Assembly (NCBI GenBank): GCA_040954595.2
Contig: CM082585.2
Location: forward strand, 4,921,708 to 4,985,707
Source of the DNA: Balanoglossus misakiensis
Taxonomy: Eukaryota > Animalia > Hemichordata
DNA: 64,000 nt
Direction of reading: 5' to 3'
The notes beneath the pieces were generated by a model. That model was not told the origin of the DNA. It did no database searches and worked only from the letters and a program-made list of their open reading frames with translations. The position numbers and the translations under genes are program-made. Below are positions 59,025 to 64,000 of the stretch, in pieces; position 1 is the first letter of the stretch; each line of letters opens with the position of its first letter.

Positions 59025-62000
59025 CAATTTTTCTAGCACTAAGATTCATTGCCATGACACATGGCAGTTTATTTGAGCATGGTCCTAGTTATTGTTGTTA
59101 CATTTCCATATTTATAATTGGTTAGGTCATATATGCTTGCCAACGTCACGGGTGATTTTTTTATTCTGGTATAAGCCTACTTCCATGTAATCCTCAAATG
59201 GGATCACGGTGCCTATGACGCTATGTTTTTTATCCGACCTGTACTACGTGGAGGAGATTCTTGTGATAGACATTCAAAAACTAAGGTATTCAGAGATTCA
59301 AAAGCTCAGAAGTCTTTCACACTGCACATGGTCATCAAAGTAGGCCATGACCCTCCCAGTATACAAGTGACATTGTCCGGTCTTTCAAAGGACAGCGTGA
59401 ACCATCCAGTAGAGCACGGTTACTAGAAGAAGTAACCGTGAGTAGAGTAAGGAATTTAGATCACGCATTTATGTTGGAGGGGTCGGCACAACTAGTATAC
59501 ACTTGTATACAATAGTAAACCTTTAGGGAATCTTGGAGACTGCTTTTCAGAAAGCCTGCCAAGTACCGACTCAAATGCAGTCGTTTACATAAATGTGTGT
59601 GTATGTGTGTGGGGGTGTGTCTGTGTGTGTTTGGGCGCGTGTCTTCCAGCTCATAAAAGTACATATATGAAGACGGCAGTCCGTGGAAGTGCAAGGTTTT
59701 GTCTACTTGATATCGCTGTCGCACGAATCAATGGCTTATCAACTATACTCAACACTCTCTTTTCTGCATCACCGCCATCATCAAAACAATTCAGGATGTC
59801 CACTGTAGCTGTGCGTGGCTGGCGAGTTCTGCTCTGGGGTGACGCTGCGCGTTTGCTATCGGCTGTGTGGTTGGAGACACGCCCGGTAACAACACACCCC
59901 TTCAACATGATTCAAACCAAGCAGATCAAGCCAGTCAAGAATCAGTTTTCTGAAGTTTGTATATGAGTGCTGGCGTAAGTCATTCAAGAAAAAGGGTGCA
60001 TTTAACGTAACTGAGACACCCTTCACTTTGATGCGGTTTGCCACATACACGAGAGAACAGGTTTGCGCAAGGCATGAAATAGAACGGGGCTTCAATACTG
60101 AATACACTGACGGTTGGCATTCGTCGTGAAGTTTGCAAACATAAAATATGATACCACCTCGGAATGAATTTGCAAAATGTGACGTAACTTATCTGGTGAA
60201 GAAGCGACCGTGAACCATGCGACTTCCATTCTGACGTTCAAACACCGAACAAGCAAACGTTTTACGCCAGCCATTACTGCATGTGATATACTTAGTCTAA
60301 TAGTTTTCCATTCCATTTGTTATCTGGTCAACAAGCGTCTGTTAGCTCCCCCCAAAAAACACTTTTCGGGGTGAGTTTATAGTGCAAGACTCGGACATTA
60401 CCTGATGTTCTGTTCTGTTCTGTTCTGTTCATGAGAAGGACACTTTACTTCTTGAAGAAATGGGTTCCTACTCTTCAAAGTGGGACGGGTTACCGTTGGT
60501 GCTCCTTGCTGTCCAAATGAAATGCCGAGGACGAACGCGTTTCTACAGAGAGCAGAACAAAGGAGCAGACAATGTCTGACCTGGGCTGAGGGCGTGTGCA
60601 TTCAAAGTTAGAATGAATAGCAAGGATATGGCAATGACAATACAGGACACTTTCACCTTCTGGTCTGAGTACCATGACGGTATGTGTGTGCGTAGATGAG
60701 AGCTGTACACACATCATTCTATAGATCTTTTAATTCGAGTACCACGAGATTGGTTCACACCGTTCATATGCCTCACCAAATTAAACCGGTGGTTTTAGAT
60801 ATTTTTTGATCGACATTGGTATAGGCATTACGGTATATTTTTCCATTCCATTGGATCAAAGTACATCTAGGTCAACAGGGGCCTGTGAACCAGAAAACTC
60901 GAGAGCAGAACAAGGGCTACATAGAGACTTGTCTCTGACCGGGTATTATAATCAACGTTAAAATGAATAGTTGGTTATTGAAAGGGAACCCATCTGTACA
61001 ATGCCCGTTCAGCCTTTGGTACTTGTTGCATTCTATAATATTGAACAGTCAACAATTTCTGGTATTATGAACTTTGACACTTCACGTGTAAATAAGTTAA
61101 AATAGCAAGTCGTTACAGAACACTGCGCATGCGCAAACGGTCCCTGCGACGGACGGCGTAAAGGGCTCTGTAGAACACTTTATTTTCGCGAGCAATTAAT
61201 TTTCGCCAAATACGCGAGAGCCAAAATAGCGGCGTGGAAATAAAAATTGCGTAAATGTTTTTTGAAGATAACGATGCAGTGAATGAAATAAGTGAACGCG
61301 AAAATTAATACTCGCGAAACAGTGGCCTCTCTCGATATCGGTATACCTGGGCGAGTATGACCATGTTCTGCCCAGAAAGAGGGTCTTGGGAAATCTATTC
61401 GACATTTATGACATTTGATTTTATGATCTGACGATATTATAAATCTATTTACCAAACTTCCCCCTCCCCCTCTCCTCTCTCTCTCGCTATCTGTCTCTCT
61501 TCCCCCTCCCCCCTCTCTCTCGCTATCTCTCGCTATATCTCTCTCTTCCCCCCCTCTCTCTTCCATTTGTAGACAGCTTTAGCAAGTCCAGAACTTCTCA
61601 TATACACCTGAGACTAGTATACCTGTTAGGGATAATCGTCTCAGTGTACACCCATTGCGAATCTGGTGACCGGTACGTAGTGCGGCATTGAGCGGAGGCT
61701 CAAATCCCGCACGTTCGGTAGACTTTGGAAGTAACGCATCCGCGAGTTTCGCAAAATGTGAGTATTGACGAAGGAAATGCGGCGGCAAGTAACATTCCAA
61801 TTTGCTAATGCAGTACACGCCTCGGGGACAGATTTTTGTATAACATTGATAGCCCGCAGAAACTTTCAATTTTTTGCTATATTAAAGTCCGTCTGTGAGG
61901 TGTTTTTTTTAAAAACATGAATAATCACCAACGCGTTTTCCTATCTGCATAAAAACCCGCTATTTTTATTTTCTTCACGTAGTTAACGCAGAGATTGGAG

Positions 62001-64000
62001 ACCAATTGAAATTCAAATTTGAGATAATTTTCCTCTGTACGGTGACGCCTAAATTTTATTTTCTATTTTACAACTGTCACAAATAATCTGAAGCTTCCTC
62101 GAGTAAAATATGAGAACAACCGTTTACTGGTAAGAATCTGCATAAATTCAGTAACGCTGAATATATTTACATAATAATGTACCACCTGTTGGATCATAAA
62201 GGACGAAAGGTAACAATGCTGAAATATGGTAAACAGAGTAATCGCACGAACAAACAAAAACGAACAAGAACTCGCTCAAAAGTTACACGCTGAATTGTAT
62301 GAATTTGCCGATTATTTGATACTGTTGATGGGGTGTGGCGTTGATGTGACACCGGCGAAACGTTGGAAACAGTAACTGAAGTTGAACTTGTAGATGCCAA
62401 GTGCTTACGTAGCGCCGAAGACGTGATTACTCGAAAACTTGCCAATGATCTGGTCACTTCCATAGAGGCTTCCCGGCAGTGTTGACGACAATAGTCGTTG
62501 TTGGCATGGCGACGGTTGATTCGAGTAGCTTTTGACACTTGCCTCGTTTACGTGCCCACATCGTATAGGTGTACATGTAAACGGTGTGTCGAGTGTCGAA
62601 ACTCGCATTATCTAAGTGTTTGTTGCAAATCGTAGTCTTGATACAGTGCTAATATTTTCGACAGGCCCATGCACTTCCTTGCTCAGGTTTTTTTTTCATA
62701 TCTCAAAGTATGTCACTCAGCTCATATTTTTTTTTTGCATTTGGCCTAAAACAGTCCCCCAGCGGGCTTTATCTCCTCACAACGGGCCATACCCCTTACT
62801 TACTCTGTCAAATATGTAATTATCAAGGTTTTTCTATGTCACGTGGCTCGGTCTCAGCCCGCAATCAAGAGGTGCTGAATGATTGACAGTATCGGCGACA
62901 TTGAGAGCTTCTTGTCAAATCACTAGGGCTGATCGGCGTTTTGTGCGTCCTCGAGACTTTCCAATCATTTTTCGTCGTCTTGACAGCTCCTTGAAATACA
63001 TACTTTGCAACTTGAAAAGTCGTGCATTATATTTAACTTTCGTTCTATGGAGGTCCTTTAGGTGTAATATGTCAATAAACTGATGCCGTTTTTTTGTTAA
63101 ATATTTATTTATTGCAAGAAACGAAACAAACACAAAGACATACAATACATTAAGAAATACAGAAACAAGGACGTTCTATACGAAACGCGGACGCGCATTT
63201 CAGTATCACCCATTCTTGGAGCAAGACTAGTCCAGACCCCGTTGTTAATATTGTGGCATTTCCCCCACATGACATCACAATTCATGTAGAGTCAGGATAT
63301 AGCCACCTCCTCTTTGAACATGGCCAATAAAACATTGATATCACAAACACTCTCGCAAGGCATTCTTAGTATTGAAACAGCTAAATAGCATATGTTGAAA
63401 ATATCCACAGAACTAATGTGTTAGTTAATCTTCCATTTCTTAGAGAACAACTAAAATATCTAACAGCAACAAGTGGAAAATCAGAATCGGAGAAATAAAA
63501 CGTCTGGGTTTTAAAAACTTATGTCAAAATAACTTAAACAATGCAGATACTCGAAATTACATGATATAATTCACTCTCAAAAAGAAAATGAATTTCGTCT
63601 TCAAGTGCGTCTTTACAGAAATCAAAAATCTGATAATAATTTTAAAATGTACCTATTTCAATTTGTTCAACCAATAACAAGAATAAAATGTGCTAACAGT
63701 GAAAATATTCTGAGTGATAAATTACATATTTTTTAGTTCACTACACCTTATATTGTGGTGAGCACTGTGATAATATAAACAAAACCTATTTGTTATTCAA
63801 GAACAAAACGTCAGATTTCGCAAATGATAATATTGCGTTCACTACTACAAAATCTTACTGTGTTAACAACGGCGCATGTGTTTTGAAAGCGTCGTCGACC
63901 GCGCGCACTGTACCTTGGTTTTCTATATCAAAGCATTTTTATCGCACGTTTGCCAATACACGGGCATGTGGAAGGACCGCCCACCGGAGAATGTTGGACG

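Larger units (their letters stand above)
54273..64000 (-). repeat. Right arm of giant inverted duplication (runs off the window)
   Basis: Position 64000 pairs with 40836, and 54273 with 50559. Confidence 0.98.

Overview
AT-rich eukaryotic (metazoan) DNA, most like a marine invertebrate deuterostome; that taxonomic call is an inference from the repeat content and the Gal-3-O-sulfotransferase and GPCR genes. The left half holds a young, layered stack of retroelements. (1) A 908-bp host segment is duplicated around a doubly truncated Tx1/L1-type RT fragment. (2) A complete Ty3/Gypsy LTR retrotransposon (12070-23703; 593-bp LTRs, ATAC target-site duplication [TSD], gag/-1/pol) sits in the second copy. 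(3) A 4.2-kb pol-less LTR element (13117-17325, minus strand; 172-bp LTRs, GAAG TSD) is nested in that gag. Its single ORF fuses a ComEA-like helix-hairpin-helix domain to Gag, a CCHC knuckle and an aspartic protease, and it is the most unusual item in the window. A 5'-truncated L2/CR1-group LINE with an open ORF2 follows at 25838-28737. The right half has an intronless, non-canonical class A GPCR (38882-39910). It also has a giant near-perfect inverted duplication: arms of at least 9.7 kb (40836-50559 and 54273-64000, running off the window) around a 3.7-kb spacer. The arms carry two identical, convergent galactose-3-O-sulfotransferase-family genes, and the inner junction falls inside a pre-existing inverted repeat. 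Several MITEs, microsatellites and degraded LINE scraps are scattered throughout. No rRNA, tRNA gene or CRISPR array is supported. All comparisons were made by eye, without alignment tools or database searches.
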